From an uncultured virus (IMG/VR IMGVR_UViG_3300009181_007169) (lineage: Duplodnaviria > Heunggongvirae > Uroviricota > Caudoviricetes), in IMG/VR virus record IMGVR_UViG_3300009181_007169: a stretch of 64,000 nucleotides of DNA; one strand, given 5' to 3'. How positions within the stretch are numbered: position 1 is the stretch's first letter; each line of letters starts with the position of its first letter. Shown here one piece after another: positions 10,057 through 21,170 of this stretch. Below the pieces are notes generated by a model that was not told the DNA's origin, ran no database searches, and saw only the letters and a program-made list of their open reading frames with translations. Made by a program: the position numbers and the translations under genes.

Positions 10057-13000
10057 CTAAGCTGAACCTATATTTCTAAAATCAGCATCAATTGCAAATG
10101 ATTTTTCAAAAACTACTTCTTTTAAAAAATCTCCTTCAAAAAATTGAATTCCAAGATATTTGCCATCATAATCTACAAAACCTACTCTTTGAGAACCTTC
10201 TATGTTTTTAGAATAAGGTTTTTCTTTGCCGACAGGATATTTCAATTTGTAAATTATGGAAATTTCAAATGCTTTTTCAAGTAGTTCTATGAATTTTTTG
10301 TCTGTGGTTGCTGTATTTTTATTTAAATTGCCAGCTACAAATGTGACTGTTGGAACAAAAAAACCATAAGCACTGTAGACAGCCTTTAACATAAATATTT
10401 TTTGCGAACAAACAAAAGCAACATAAAACTCATCACCAAATGGATACAGGTCATGTTTACAAACAGTGATATGTTCAATTATTGGAAAATCTTGCCAATC
10501 CATAACACTTGAATCAACTTGTTTTAGAAAATTTTTGAAATCAAAAAATAATCTAGGATTTGATGGTCCTGCACCATTTAAAATTCTCGCATAAATAGCT
10601 GTACCGAAAAAAATAGTAATGTTGTTTTGTGTAATTGACTTCAAAGAATTTTGTTGATTGTATACGTAAAAAACAATATTGTCAGTTTTATGCAGAAGTA
10701 TGCCTGGATAAGTAGATTGAACTGGACCAACATAATTTGCATTTTGTGTTAAAATAGCAAAATTATTTAACTCCGCATTAGTTTTAGTATTTTTGGGGTC
10801 ACCCTCAATCAATGCATATTGAGGAAATGAGTTTGTGTTATTAAATTGGTCTTCAGAGTAAATAAGATTTCCAGAAGGTGTTACTCCAACAGTGAAAGTT
10901 TTAAAATCTTTATAATCAAAAACAACAATTGGGCAACTTTGCATTTTTGTTTTTATAAAATCATTATTTGTTATTGGATAAAAAGTGCCATTTTCGGCTG
11001 GTTGTATTGCATAATAACCAGGAAAAGGAATTTGCGTTAAGATAGTTGTAGTATCATTGAAAACATTTTTTTGACCTTCTAAAAATAAATTACTTCCCTT
11101 TGATAACATAGGGTTATCTAAATTAAGCAAAACAAGATTTGAATTATCATTTAAAGTGTAAACATAATCTTGAAATAATGAAAATCTAAAAAAACTTTCT
11201 GTAATCAATTGTTTTATTGATGAGTCAGAACCAGGACTAGGAAAATTATATACTGTGTTAATTAAACCACTAAGTTTGTGTCTTTTTGTATCAACAGTTC
11301 TAGTTTTATTTGAAATTCCTGTTCTAAAGAAAATTTTATATGGCTGTATTCCTCTTGCTCTTGTCGGAAATAAACTATCATTTATGTTTCCTCGATAATT
11401 TAGCTCTAGGTTCTCTGGTAAATCAACAGCCCATGTTGGTGAATAAATTGCCCCACTAATAGGTAACCCTGACCCACTTGGACTAGGATCATATAAAATT
11501 GTCCCAGATGAAGGTAAATCTAAATACAACGCAAAAGTGGAACACCCACCAACAAATGAAAATGGTTGAATAGGAAGATCTTCATAAAAGTTTAGAGGAG
11601 CAGTTTGTGGTAATCTTCTTGTGTAGTCAAAGTATTCGATTGTGTTTTTTGTTAAAGAAAGTTTGTTGAACACAATAGTGCCTGCTTTTTTGGAATTCTT
11701 CAAGAACAACTTTAACACAATCTTGTTTTCTTCAAAAGGCAAAAAAAATGGTATCTCAATATTTTCAAAGATTAATTTATTTTTTATACTCTGGTATGGG
11801 GCGGAAGCAATGTTAAGCACAAAATTGAAAGTGATTGAATCTATTAAAATTAACTCAAAACGCACTAAAGTGTCTGCGAAATCATTCAAGTTGTCAGTAT
11901 TAAAATCCATCTCTAATTGCCAACTACCAGAATTTATTTTAGCGCGTGATGTTTCATCAAATAAAATTAAATAATCAGATTCAATCACTTGAGTGGTGTC
12001 AAACTGTAAAGAAAAACTTGTGTTTTTGTCTATTGTGTTGCTGTCGAACGTATACAAATCCTTATACCCAGTTATTTCGTTAAGAATATTGTTGTAAGGA
12101 GTTTTTTCACTCACAGGCTGACCATTGTAAAGATTAGTCACAACTGTGTAAACGGAAGTGTCTTGAGTATAAGTACCATAAGCTCCTTGATCATTTTGAG
12201 CTTCTAAATTTCCGCCATTTGAGATTGATTTTTGATAATAAATTGGTAAAGTTAAAACAAAATCTGCGCTTATTGAAAATTGTACTAATGGCAAATCTAA
12301 TGAAGAATAATCTTGAAGATTGTAATTGTCGAAAGTGTCATTAGGCACCGAAAAAGCATAAATTGCACAGTATATATCATAATCTGGCAAATCATCAATT
12401 ACAAAACTTTTCAAATCTTGTTCAGATGGATTGATAATTTGTGCCACTTCAATTGTGTTTAAAGTAGAAGTTAAATTTCCAGAAACTAAAACATTTTTAA
12501 AATCCCATTCTGCATTAAATTGTTCTAAAATTAATTTTGAATCTTGTGTCCCTGAATCAATTATTTTAAAACTGTGATTTAATAAATATGGTGATGTAAA
12601 ATCAACTTTATTAACACTTTTCTTTTCGGCAAAAATCCTGAACACTAATTTTGTGTCAAAAAGTTTAGGCTGATCTATAACTTTAGCTTTTATTGAAGCA
12701 CTTATAAAACCTGGTTGTTGGAAAGTTGATGAAGAAAAACCTGGCGAATTTGAACATTTGAAAATTAAACATGGGTCTGTTTTTGTAAAAAGTTCGTATA
12801 AACTTGGTTTATTTGTTAAGAACGTTGAATAAGAAAATGTATGTGGAGTTGCGTTTTTTAATGCAATAGTTGCCTCTTGAGCTTGCAAAATATTTTTTAA
12901 TCTTGGCAAGCTTCCATCGTAGGATTCAGATTTAGAAGGAATTGACAATTCATCTAAATAATTATTGACAAACTGCTCGCTTGTAGTAATGCCTAAAGAT

Positions 13001-14295
13001 TCATAATAGAATTGATTTTTTAAAACAAAATTCACACCTTTTTGATATGTGTAAATATTTTTTGTTACACTATCAGATGTAGCAGTAACTGTACCAGTTT
13101 TGGTTTTATAAGATGCAGAAGGTATAACTGCTAAAGTTTTTACGCCAGATTGTGTTACGGAGTTTCCGTAAAATATCATTTGTTGAGTGAAAGGTGTAGG
13201 ACCAATAATTACAGCAAAGTATGGATGCAAAACTCCAGGTAAAACGGAATTTCCATATTCTCCAAAAGCTGGAAATGAAACAATTAGTAAGTGCAAATTC
13301 AAAGAATGAGCAAATCCTGGCGAATTTGTTCTGTAATCAGGATTAAAAATTTTCACATGAATGTTAGAAGTAAATCTGTTTCCTGGCGGAAAAGATTCAG
13401 CGCCTTTTGAAACTACTGGTGAACCTGAACCCGATATTAAACCTCCCCCAGTACTAATAACACTTTGGTAACCAATTTCTGGATAAAAATTTCCATTAAC
13501 AAACATTGAATAACCTAAGGCATTACAAGGTAACTGTTTTTCATTTATATCAAACCTAAAGTTTACACGATCTGCCGTAAAAAACATTATTTTCTTAAGA
13601 ACAAAGATAATAAAAGAATTTTTATAATTAGAGTTTGCTTTGAAAATTATTTTTTTATATTTCGGAAACTTGTCTCTATCTAAAATTTCAGTTGCTGTTT
13701 TAAAAGTTTTGGTGACAAACTTAACACCAATATCTTCATTGTCTTTTGCATATTGTAAGTTTGATTCTGTTTCTGAATTTCTCTGTCTTGTTAAAAATAT
13801 CTTATCTGTAATTTTGTTTTCTTTTCCTGAAGAATCAATTCCGTAAATTTCTATAATTGAATCATCTGACTGAATGCTAGTATCAAATGCAGATAAATCA
13901 TAAGTTATTTGTATGCAAGATAAAGGTTTGGAAAATTCAGTGAAAGAAAATTCAAAATCTATTAAATTTATACTATTATCATAATTACAAACAATGTTGT
14001 CGTCAGATGCAACTATAACCCTGTTATTTAAATCTAAAGGTCTTGTGGCATTTATTATAGGCGAGTAAGGATTACCGAAACTTGTATTAGATTTATTTAC
14101 TGAAACCTTGGGTGCATTTGTTGAAGGATCGGTTTTTGGAGAAACAAAATAATTTCTAAAACTTCCTCTGTTAATAATCAAATTACTGAACCCTATAATA
14201 GGATTTATTCCACCTATATTTGGTGGCACCGAAGGAGTCCATATATAACTGCCTGTACATGGTTTTACATCAGGATTTTGATATTGGTCTGGCAT
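10057..14295 (-). CDS. Large putative virion structural protein (1412 aa)
   Basis: Long ORF, beta-rich composition, co-oriented with tail genes. Confidence 0.5.
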   Translation of the reverse strand: MPDQYQNPDVKPCTGSYIWTPSVPPNIGGINPIIGFSNLIINRGSFRNYFVSPKTDPSTNAPKVSVNKSNTSFGNPYSPIINATRPLDLNNRVIVASDDNIVCNYDNSINLIDFEFSFTEFSKPLSCIQITYDLSAFDTSIQSDDSIIEIYGIDSSGKENKITDKIFLTRQRNSETESNLQYAKDNEDIGVKFVTKTFKTATEILDRDKFPKYKKIIFKANSNYKNSFIIFVLKKIMFFTADRVNFRFDINEKQLPCNALGYSMFVNGNFYPEIGYQSVISTGGGLISGSGSPVVSKGAESFPPGNRFTSNIHVKIFNPDYRTNSPGFAHSLNLHLLIVSFPAFGEYGNSVLPGVLHPYFAVIIGPTPFTQQMIFYGNSVTQSGVKTLAVIPSASYKTKTGTVTATSDSVTKNIYTYQKGVNFVLKNQFYYESLGITTSEQFVNNYLDELSIPSKSESYDGSLPRLKNILQAQEATIALKNATPHTFSYSTFLTNKPSLYELFTKTDPCLIFKCSNSPGFSSSTFQQPGFISASIKAKVIDQPKLFDTKLVFRIFAEKKSVNKVDFTSPYLLNHSFKIIDSGTQDSKLILEQFNAEWDFKNVLVSGNLTSTLNTIEVAQIINPSEQDLKSFVIDDLPDYDIYCAIYAFSVPNDTFDNYNLQDYSSLDLPLVQFSISADFVLTLPIYYQKSISNGGNLEAQNDQGAYGTYTQDTSVYTVVTNLYNGQPVSEKTPYNNILNEITGYKDLYTFDSNTIDKNTSFSLQFDTTQVIESDYLILFDETSRAKINSGSWQLEMDFNTDNLNDFADTLVRFELILIDSITFNFVLNIASAPYQSIKNKLIFENIEIPFFLPFEENKIVLKLFLKNSKKAGTIVFNKLSLTKNTIEYFDYTRRLPQTAPLNFYEDLPIQPFSFVGGCSTFALYLDLPSSGTILYDPSPSGSGLPISGAIYSPTWAVDLPENLELNYRGNINDSLFPTRARGIQPYKIFFRTGISNKTRTVDTKRHKLSGLINTVYNFPSPGSDSSIKQLITESFFRFSLFQDYVYTLNDNSNLVLLNLDNPMLSKGSNLFLEGQKNVFNDTTTILTQIPFPGYYAIQPAENGTFYPITNNDFIKTKMQSCPIVVFDYKDFKTFTVGVTPSGNLIYSEDQFNNTNSFPQYALIEGDPKNTKTNAELNNFAILTQNANYVGPVQSTYPGILLHKTDNIVFYVYNQQNSLKSITQNNITIFFGTAIYARILNGAGPSNPRLFFDFKNFLKQVDSSVMDWQDFPIIEHITVCKHDLYPFGDEFYVAFVCSQKIFMLKAVYSAYGFFVPTVTFVAGNLNKNTATTDKKFIELLEKAFEISIIYKLKYPVGKEKPYSKNIEGSQRVGFVDYDGKYLGIQFFEGDFLKEVVFEKSFAIDADFRNIGSA

Positions 14296-14298
14296 CGT

Positions 14299-14826
14299 TT
14301 ATTTCAAAAAATTTTCAAGAAATTTATTTTGTATATTAATCTTTTCTTGTAAATCATCCGCCAAGTCCTTTGTTGTGGCAATTATTCTTTCTTCAATTTT
14401 TTTTAATTCATGAGAATCAACAGTTGTATTCTCTGTAAGTTTTTTTAAATTCAATTCTAAATCTTTAATCTGATCACCATTTAAAGAATTAGATTCAGAC
14501 AATTTTTTATTTATATGTTCTTGTATATTAGAGATTTTTTCATCAAAATTTTTCTGTAATTCTAAATTTTCACTTTTTTCTTCTTTATTAATTTTAGATA
14601 TTTTATTTGGGATTTTTTTTTCCAAATTCACAATTTTGTAAACTTTTTTAAAATTTTCTTTTTCTTTTTGAAAATTTAACAAGTCTCCAGCTGTAAATTT
14701 TTTTTGAGAAAATGTAGGCACTTGGATATCGAAATTTAATTCATATATATAGTCTGGAACATTAAATTCAGCAAATTCTTCAAAAGCGCCAGATTGTGTG
14801 TAATTATTTTCTACCACGGATTGCAT
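14299..14826 (-). CDS. Hypothetical coiled-coil protein
   Basis: 175-aa ORF, K/E-rich heptads, operonic spacing. Confidence 0.55.
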   Translation of the reverse strand: MQSVVENNYTQSGAFEEFAEFNVPDYIYELNFDIQVPTFSQKKFTAGDLLNFQKEKENFKKVYKIVNLEKKIPNKISKINKEEKSENLELQKNFDEKISNIQEHINKKLSESNSLNGDQIKDLELNLKKLTENTTVDSHELKKIEERIIATTKDLADDLQEKINIQNKFLENFLK

Positions 14827-15643
14827 TAGCCCTTTCTTTTATTAATTCTTGTTGTTTATTAAATAATTTCATTATCAAAGTATCAAACTGTCTAGAAATT
14901 AATTCACCTTGTTTAGGGTCAACAAAAGTAATTTTTTCAGATGTGTAAATATTTTTCCAATCTTTTAAAATTTTCATTCCAGATTTTGACCAATATAAAA
15001 TACTATCAACAGCTATTTTCATTACAAATGGATTTGTTTTAGCTTTTTCGTAAAGTTCTAAAGATTGACAATAATATGTCATTGTTTCTGCAAATTGCAT
15101 TTTAATTGGAGAAACAACTTTAAATTGTTGAAATTGTTTAGTTTCTATTTCAAGATCATTTTTTGCTTTTTTAAATTCATTTGCCACTTTAGCAATTGAT
15201 GCATTAATACTGTACATATCTGAGGCTATATCAGGGGTGCCACGGCTTAAGGTGTTTTTTAAATTTATTAAATCTTTGCTTATTTCTGAGTTTTGTGATG
15301 TTGCGTCTTTTAGTTCCTGTAATGCTTTAATATATTCTTCGTATTTTAGTTGATATTGTTCGAATGTTATTAGAGCTTCTTCGGAAATTTGATTTTCACA
15401 AGGGCTGAGAGAAAGAGTGATTTTGGGAATCATTTTTTCATACGAAGTTTTTATAGCTTGAGCAGTTTCTTTATTTGATTTTGCTTCCTCATATTTACCC
15501 ATAATTTCGGATATTTTGTTTTGAATATCAGAAATGTTTGGAGAACCAGCAGAAAATGGTGAAGGCGTTGCAGGCTTAGCTAACATCATTGTTGTCATAA
15601 GTGCAAATCTTTTATTTTCTGATGACTTGAAAATTTTTCCCAT
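14804..15643 (-). CDS. Hypothetical coiled-coil protein
   Basis: 279-aa helical ORF coupled to its neighbours. Confidence 0.6.
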   Translation of the reverse strand: MGKIFKSSENKRFALMTTMMLAKPATPSPFSAGSPNISDIQNKISEIMGKYEEAKSNKETAQAIKTSYEKMIPKITLSLSPCENQISEEALITFEQYQLKYEEYIKALQELKDATSQNSEISKDLINLKNTLSRGTPDIASDMYSINASIAKVANEFKKAKNDLEIETKQFQQFKVVSPIKMQFAETMTYYCQSLELYEKAKTNPFVMKIAVDSILYWSKSGMKILKDWKNIYTSEKITFVDPKQGELISRQFDTLIMKLFNKQQELIKERANAIRGRK

Positions 15644-16653
15644 TACTGTTTGTTAATTTCCTCCACTGCCTTAGAGCTTTCAATGGTTCTTTCCAAAGCT
15701 TCTGTGAGTTTTGGAAACGTCAACATTGAACGAAATTTTAATTTCTGTTGTCTATCCATCCAGTTGTCTGAATCATCATCATCTAGTGTTGTCCATTTCA
15801 ATGATGATCCATAAGCTGCTTGTAAGCGTATTTCAAATTTTTTGCGTTCTGGCACTTCAATTCTATAAATTGTAGTGTCTCTCAGAAATTGCACAAATTT
15901 AGTATAGCTTTTAGCTCGTGCAAGTTGAGAAGCTATATTAAAACCATTTGAATTTGGTCCTTGCAGTTTTACATTTTCCATTACCATATTTGAAACTTCC
16001 GTGAAAGTTTGTTTATCAAATTTACCAATTGCATATAATAAAAGCCAAACTTGAGCTAAAACAAAATTGTTTTGTAAACGAGCACGAATATAATTAAATT
16101 TAGGTGCAGCTGGGTCATCAGCTTTTTGCTTTAAATCATTTAATGTGTTTATAATTTCATTACCTGAAATAGCTTTATTTTTACACCCAATAACATATTT
16201 AATTAAATCTGTTGCAAACTCAGGATAGTTACTTTTTTGCTTTATCATGCTAGAGCCAAAATTACTCATAGCCTCTATTAATTCAAAAACTTTTGGGTCA
16301 TTGATAAAATTTATCGCTCTTTCTCCAAAATGTGAAAAAAGTTGATCTGATAAATCTTGTACACTAACTATGTCTGCGGCTGTTAAACTTTTTAAAAAAC
16401 TTGAGTCCAAGCCTAAACTTGTCATCATATTCATAAAATCTTGTTTAATTTTTTCAATATCTAAAAATGTTTTTTCATTTGTATTATTTTTTTCTTCCTT
16501 TAGTCCTGTAATTTTTCTTAATAACTCTGGAAGAAGTTGATCAAACTTCTTACCCAATAAAATGTATATTATCCCTTTAGCTAATTTTCCAGCATCTTTT
16601 TTCAATAAATCTGTTATTGTTCTATAATTTGGCAATTTAAAACTCCTTAACAA
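15643..16653 (-). CDS. Hypothetical alpha-helical protein
   Basis: 336-aa ORF with 1-nt stop/start overlap; start codon uncertain. Confidence 0.6.
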   Translation of the reverse strand: MLRSFKLPNYRTITDLLKKDAGKLAKGIIYILLGKKFDQLLPELLRKITGLKEEKNNTNEKTFLDIEKIKQDFMNMMTSLGLDSSFLKSLTAADIVSVQDLSDQLFSHFGERAINFINDPKVFELIEAMSNFGSSMIKQKSNYPEFATDLIKYVIGCKNKAISGNEIINTLNDLKQKADDPAAPKFNYIRARLQNNFVLAQVWLLLYAIGKFDKQTFTEVSNMVMENVKLQGPNSNGFNIASQLARAKSYTKFVQFLRDTTIYRIEVPERKKFEIRLQAAYGSSLKWTTLDDDDSDNWMDRQQKLKFRSMLTFPKLTEALERTIESSKAVEEINKQ

Positions 16654-16789
16654 TTAAATAAGATACAACATTATTAGCTGGATTTACAGCCTTCAATGCT
16701 TTTCTACCATTTTTAAAAACTACTTCTTCGTAAATGTTTGTTTTAAAATGATCGCGAGATTTTACGCAATAAAAGTGTACAAATTTTTT

Positions 16790-17119
16790 ATGCCGCTTTT
16801 CAGATTCAGATGCACTTGTGATAACTCGATTCATGAAATTCACCTTTCTTTAAATGATTATAAATCAGAAATGGTTTGTCCTTGCGGAGAAGGTACTATG
16901 AAAAGAATATTTGATTCTTTTTCAACAAAAGAAGGTAGAACTTCTAATCAAAAAAAACTTGGTGCTAGTGAAAAAAGATTAGAATCAGGAAAATGGATGA
17001 AAGATGAAACGCACAAAAGAAAAAAAGATGCACCGCCTGATTCTAGAGAAAATATTTCAAATGAATATTGGCTCGGTAATGAGTTTAAAAATGGAAGCAA
17101 AAAATTATCTGATTTTTAG
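16790..17119 (+). CDS. FmdB-like zinc-ribbon protein
   Basis: MPLFRFRCTCD...VCPCGEGTMKRIF matches the FmdB pattern (MP.Y.Y.C..C ... CP.CG...R); start moved to ATG 16790. Confidence 0.7.
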   Translation: MPLFRFRCTCDNSIHEIHLSLNDYKSEMVCPCGEGTMKRIFDSFSTKEGRTSNQKKLGASEKRLESGKWMKDETHKRKKDAPPDSRENISNEYWLGNEFKNGSKKLSDF

Positions 17120-17133
17120 TGTATAAATACTTT

Positions 17134-17958
17134 ATGGCAAATTCTAGCGCAGAAAGAGAAACATTTATTGTTCAAAATATTACACTTGGCTGGCATTCAG
17201 TGAGTGATATTGGTTTAACATTTGCACCAACTGAAGTTAAAGATTTAACATGGGAAGATGAAAATGTTATTAAAAGATCCAGAAATTTGAAAGATTCTAT
17301 TAGAAACGGAATTTTAAGAAAACTTTCAGAAGCTGAATATGAAAAAACAATGGAGATGCAGTATCAAAAAGAAAAAAAACAACTTATGAGAGAGCAACAA
17401 CAAAAAGAAAATTTTAGAAAACTTAAAACAGATGATAAAATTTTAGATGTTGATACCATTGACTTAGAAAAAGGAAAAAGAAAAAGTGGTGAGTTAGATA
17501 TCTCTGGAACAGCAAGCCACCCTATGTCTTATGTAACAGCTTACGAAATTGCATCAAGATATCATGAAGATCAAGGTGAAGTATTGACTGCTGAAGAATT
17601 TGCTCATATTGTTGAATGAGATCCTGGAATTGTACCAAAGCTTTTGGCACAAAGAACTGCTTCAAATAATCAAAAAACTTCAAATGCCTATTATACTGTA
17701 CCTGCTAATGATTCAGCAAACCACACAGGTGTAGTTAAAGCACAAATGACTAGTTTAAATAAAGAAGCAAAAGATATGTCAGATGTTACTCTTGAAGATG
17801 TAACTATGAAAGCAAATCTTTTAAGAGACATCGTAGGCTTTGATGATTTCGATGATGATGGTGAGCTTGGTATTAAAGATGCAGTAGATTTTGACGTTGA
17901 CATCAATTCTGATGATATGGATTTTGCTGAAGAAATAATTATCGAAGATGAAAAATGA
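17134..17958 (+). pseudogene. Single reading frame interrupted by one in-frame TGA at 17617-17619 (nonsense allele or readthrough); the track splits it into two ORFs
   Basis: ..GTT GAA TGA GAT CCT GGA ATT GTA CCA AAG CTT TTG GCA.. continues in frame into the 17644 ORF, which has no RBS or ATG at its predicted start. Confidence 0.55.
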
Positions 17959-17998
17959 ATCGCAAAGGCATAATACATTTTTTCCATAAAAATATAAT

Positions 17999-20047
17999 AT
18001 GCCTAGTGCAGTACCATTTCAGCAAGGTTTAATAGGAGAATATAATAATAGCGCACACTATCCTGGCGTATATGTATCATGGGATCCAGACACAAATTTT
18101 CCTTCAACACAATCTTTAATTTTCAAAGGACAAGCCAACACTGATTACAGATTTCCTCTAACTGTATCTAATTACACAAACTCATCAACACAAAACTTAG
18201 GATTGCCTTTAGCTTTAGGATCTGGGACAACATATTTATACTGTTTAAATCAATCTGGCTTAATTGCTTATAAAAAAGTAGGAGACACTTTTGTAACTCA
18301 AGGTTTTGCAAATAATAACTCTTTAGGCTCAGCTTCACCAGTTTCTTTGAAAGTAAGCACAATTGGAACAAGTGAGGTAATAATGGTTGGGTTTGCATCA
18401 TTTTTAACTGTTTTTAACTTTTCAAATTCCACATTCACCAAAAACAATTCAATTCACTATGCAACACTGACAGGCATTAACACTACAAACTATTTAGATT
18501 TTGATTTTAACTTTTATAAAGACAATATTTATTATTCTTATGGAAGTTATGTTTATGCTGGTTCAATTTCAATGAGTGGAAACAATGCTTTACTTGGATC
18601 AGGCACCACAGGTGTAATTATAGATTCAACTAATGGCTTAAGCAACTCAATTAAAAAAATGGCTTCTTATGACGGCTCAAAAGTAGCCATTGCTGACTCA
18701 GATAATAATATATCGGAATGGATTTACAATGGTAACTTAAATTTAGGTAATACTTCCACACAGTGGGCTCTCAATTATACACTAACACCATCTGATCAAA
18801 TCTGGTCTGCGTTAATATATAATCATTTTGGAATTCTTGTTGCTTGTGATTCTTATAACGATACTGTAAATGTTGTGGCTTCAGCATCATACACTGTTAA
18901 TACAAAAACTTATGGTTTTAATGGAGTGGGATATTCACTGGAATCCACTGCAAGTGAAACTTCAACAATTGGTCAGATTGTGAACACAGTTGGTTCAACA
19001 GGAGTAAACTATTTACAATTTGACGCGCCAAATTGTGTTGCAGAAGACGCCTATTTTAACATTGTTGTTGGGGATGCAAATAACCGACTAACATATATTC
19101 CTGCAGCATTGGATTTTGTAGCAAGCGTGGCAGCGCCGCTCAACGAATTTATTGATAATTCAGGCAATCCCGCTGACACATATTATGTTAAACAAACTAA
19201 TTTTGACTTTTCGTCAACATTATCCATACCGCCATTTACCGGAGATGAGTTATTATTGAAATCTTCTGTTTTATATGAATTAAATGCCCTTCTAAGAGTT
19301 CCAGTTTATGATGAAGAACCTCTATATGGATACCAAAGAACATCTGCAACTTTAGCATATGGTGATTTAGTTACTGATCCTGCCCCACAAGTAAGAATTA
19401 CATGTTCAACTAATGGCGGACAAAGATCAAGCATGTTTGTTCTAAGCCCTTATACTGGTTTCTACAATAGTTTAGATCAATCGCTGAGTGATCCATTTGA
19501 TAATCCATCTACATTGACTAATAATTACCCCAATGGTTTATTTTATAGATTTACCAATGAAGGAAAATTTTATTTCTTTGATGTCAATGGAAGTCCTGTC
19601 AGCATACAAGAATACGATACTTTACTTGTATCTTATTATGTCAAAATGTTTACAAATGCTCAAATAAACAATGCTTTGTATTTAGCCTTGCAAACAATAA
19701 ACTCAAAACCTGGTTTGAACAAAATTTACAGTGTAGCTACAGTTCCATTTTACTATGATGCCACTCTTGTCGTGGGGGCTACTTATTACTTGTTAAGACA
19801 ACTACTGGTAGGTTTAAATCAAAGGGAAAGGAGATTATTAGTTATGGATCCTGAATCTGGAAGTTTTGATGCTGTAAGTAATCTGAAAGAAACTGTCAAA
19901 ATGTATCAGGAGGAATTCAATGAATTGCTTAAAACACTTCCAATTGCTGTTCGACCAATCATGGGAACAGTAACTGTTCCCGAGTACGCTTTTCCTGGTG
20001 GAAGATCAAGGATGTTCCGGCAACTTTGGAAAGGTGGGGCTTCTTAA
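17999..20047 (+). CDS. Putative virion protein with C-terminal neck/head-tail adaptor-like domain
   Basis: Beta-rich N-terminal part; helical C-terminus (FTNAQINNALYLALQTIN..LVVGATYYLLRQLL) like adaptor proteins. Confidence 0.45.
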   Translation: MPSAVPFQQGLIGEYNNSAHYPGVYVSWDPDTNFPSTQSLIFKGQANTDYRFPLTVSNYTNSSTQNLGLPLALGSGTTYLYCLNQSGLIAYKKVGDTFVTQGFANNNSLGSASPVSLKVSTIGTSEVIMVGFASFLTVFNFSNSTFTKNNSIHYATLTGINTTNYLDFDFNFYKDNIYYSYGSYVYAGSISMSGNNALLGSGTTGVIIDSTNGLSNSIKKMASYDGSKVAIADSDNNISEWIYNGNLNLGNTSTQWALNYTLTPSDQIWSALIYNHFGILVACDSYNDTVNVVASASYTVNTKTYGFNGVGYSLESTASETSTIGQIVNTVGSTGVNYLQFDAPNCVAEDAYFNIVVGDANNRLTYIPAALDFVASVAAPLNEFIDNSGNPADTYYVKQTNFDFSSTLSIPPFTGDELLLKSSVLYELNALLRVPVYDEEPLYGYQRTSATLAYGDLVTDPAPQVRITCSTNGGQRSSMFVLSPYTGFYNSLDQSLSDPFDNPSTLTNNYPNGLFYRFTNEGKFYFFDVNGSPVSIQEYDTLLVSYYVKMFTNAQINNALYLALQTINSKPGLNKIYSVATVPFYYDATLVVGATYYLLRQLLVGLNQRERRLLVMDPESGSFDAVSNLKETVKMYQEEFNELLKTLPIAVRPIMGTVTVPEYAFPGGRSRMFRQLWKGGAS

Positions 20048-20053
20048 TAATTT

Positions 20054-20449
20054 GTGTACAATCTTATTATTAAAAGAAAATCAATTACTTTGGGTCCACC
20101 AATTTCAAAAAACAAAATGTATTCTGTATCCAAAAAATATGGATTAGTTAAATCTAAAGCTTATAAAAATTGGTTAGACTTAAATATAAATTTAATGAAA
20201 GAAGGCTTAGATAAAGCTGAAAAATTTCCTATTGAAATTGAAATAAAAGTTGTACAGGGCAGAGGCTTTACTCGTAAATCAGATATAGATAATGTAAATA
20301 AAGCTATTATTGATTGCCTAGTAAAAGCTGAAATAATTCCAGATGACAATGTAAATTATGTTTTAAGAACAGAAGAAAGATTTTTCCCCATGTTTACAAA
20401 TAAATCTGAAGCTATCACTCTAGTAACATATTTTGAGCCAGAAGATTAA
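20054..20449 (+). CDS. rusA: RusA-family Holliday junction resolvase
   Basis: PPIS.N, DIDNVNKAIIDCLVKAEIIPDD catalytic signature. Confidence 0.85.
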   Translation: MYNLIIKRKSITLGPPISKNKMYSVSKKYGLVKSKAYKNWLDLNINLMKEGLDKAEKFPIEIEIKVVQGRGFTRKSDIDNVNKAIIDCLVKAEIIPDDNVNYVLRTEERFFPMFTNKSEAITLVTYFEPED

Positions 20450-21153
20450 AATTCAGAGAAATAATCATCAAAATACTTACTTATTTCATCTTTTGGATTT
20501 TTCCCATAAACCTTTGCGGTTTCTAAAATATTCATAAAATTAGTAGTATAAAAAGCGGCAAATGGATATTTTTTTTCAATTATTTTTATTAAATCGTAAA
20601 TAAAATCATATAAATTATCGTGTAGAGGAAATTCATAATTCTCATATTTTTTCTTAAAATGCTTTCTTCTTTTTTTATTGTATATAATTAATTCATCAGA
20701 GCTCCATAATTTTTTAAAAATTTCAGAATTAAATAATTGGTTGATAAAAAATTCTTTAATTTTAGGTAAATTTTTTCTGAGATCTTCCTTTTGTTCTTTT
20801 AAGCGATTAGCAATTTCAAAATCGTTATCCCGATAATTATTATTGTTATAATTACTTTGATTACTAGGTGAGTTCTGTAAAGGTGCTTCTTTAATTTTTT
20901 CATATGCAAGATTAATATTAATCATTTCATCAGGGTTTGCATTTGGATTAATATCAGGATGAAATTTTAATGCCATGTTTCTGTATGCAGATTTTATTTC
21001 TTCTGGTGAGGAATTTGCAGATACATTTAAAATTCTGTATGCATCTGCGTTAGTCATTGCAAATTTTTTTAAAATTAATAAAGATTGTGTATCTGCTTTT
21101 TTGTATTTGCTAATACTATCTAAATAATTTAAATATAAAATCGACTTTAACAC
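20446..21153 (-). CDS. J-domain (DnaJ-like) protein with N-terminal leader module
   Basis: AYRILNV..S.EEIKSAYRNMALKFHPD..INLAYE, with the HPD motif. Confidence 0.85.
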   Translation of the reverse strand: MLKSILYLNYLDSISKYKKADTQSLLILKKFAMTNADAYRILNVSANSSPEEIKSAYRNMALKFHPDINPNANPDEMININLAYEKIKEAPLQNSPSNQSNYNNNNYRDNDFEIANRLKEQKEDLRKNLPKIKEFFINQLFNSEIFKKLWSSDELIIYNKKRRKHFKKKYENYEFPLHDNLYDFIYDLIKIIEKKYPFAAFYTTNFMNILETAKVYGKNPKDEISKYFDDYFSEF

Positions 21154-21170
21154 AATCTGGAATTAACAAT

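Noticed and set aside
16637..16843. 68-aa minus-strand ORF
   Set aside because: Overlaps the FmdB-like gene head-to-head. It might be real in shorter form as the first gene of the leftward operon, but I cannot support it.
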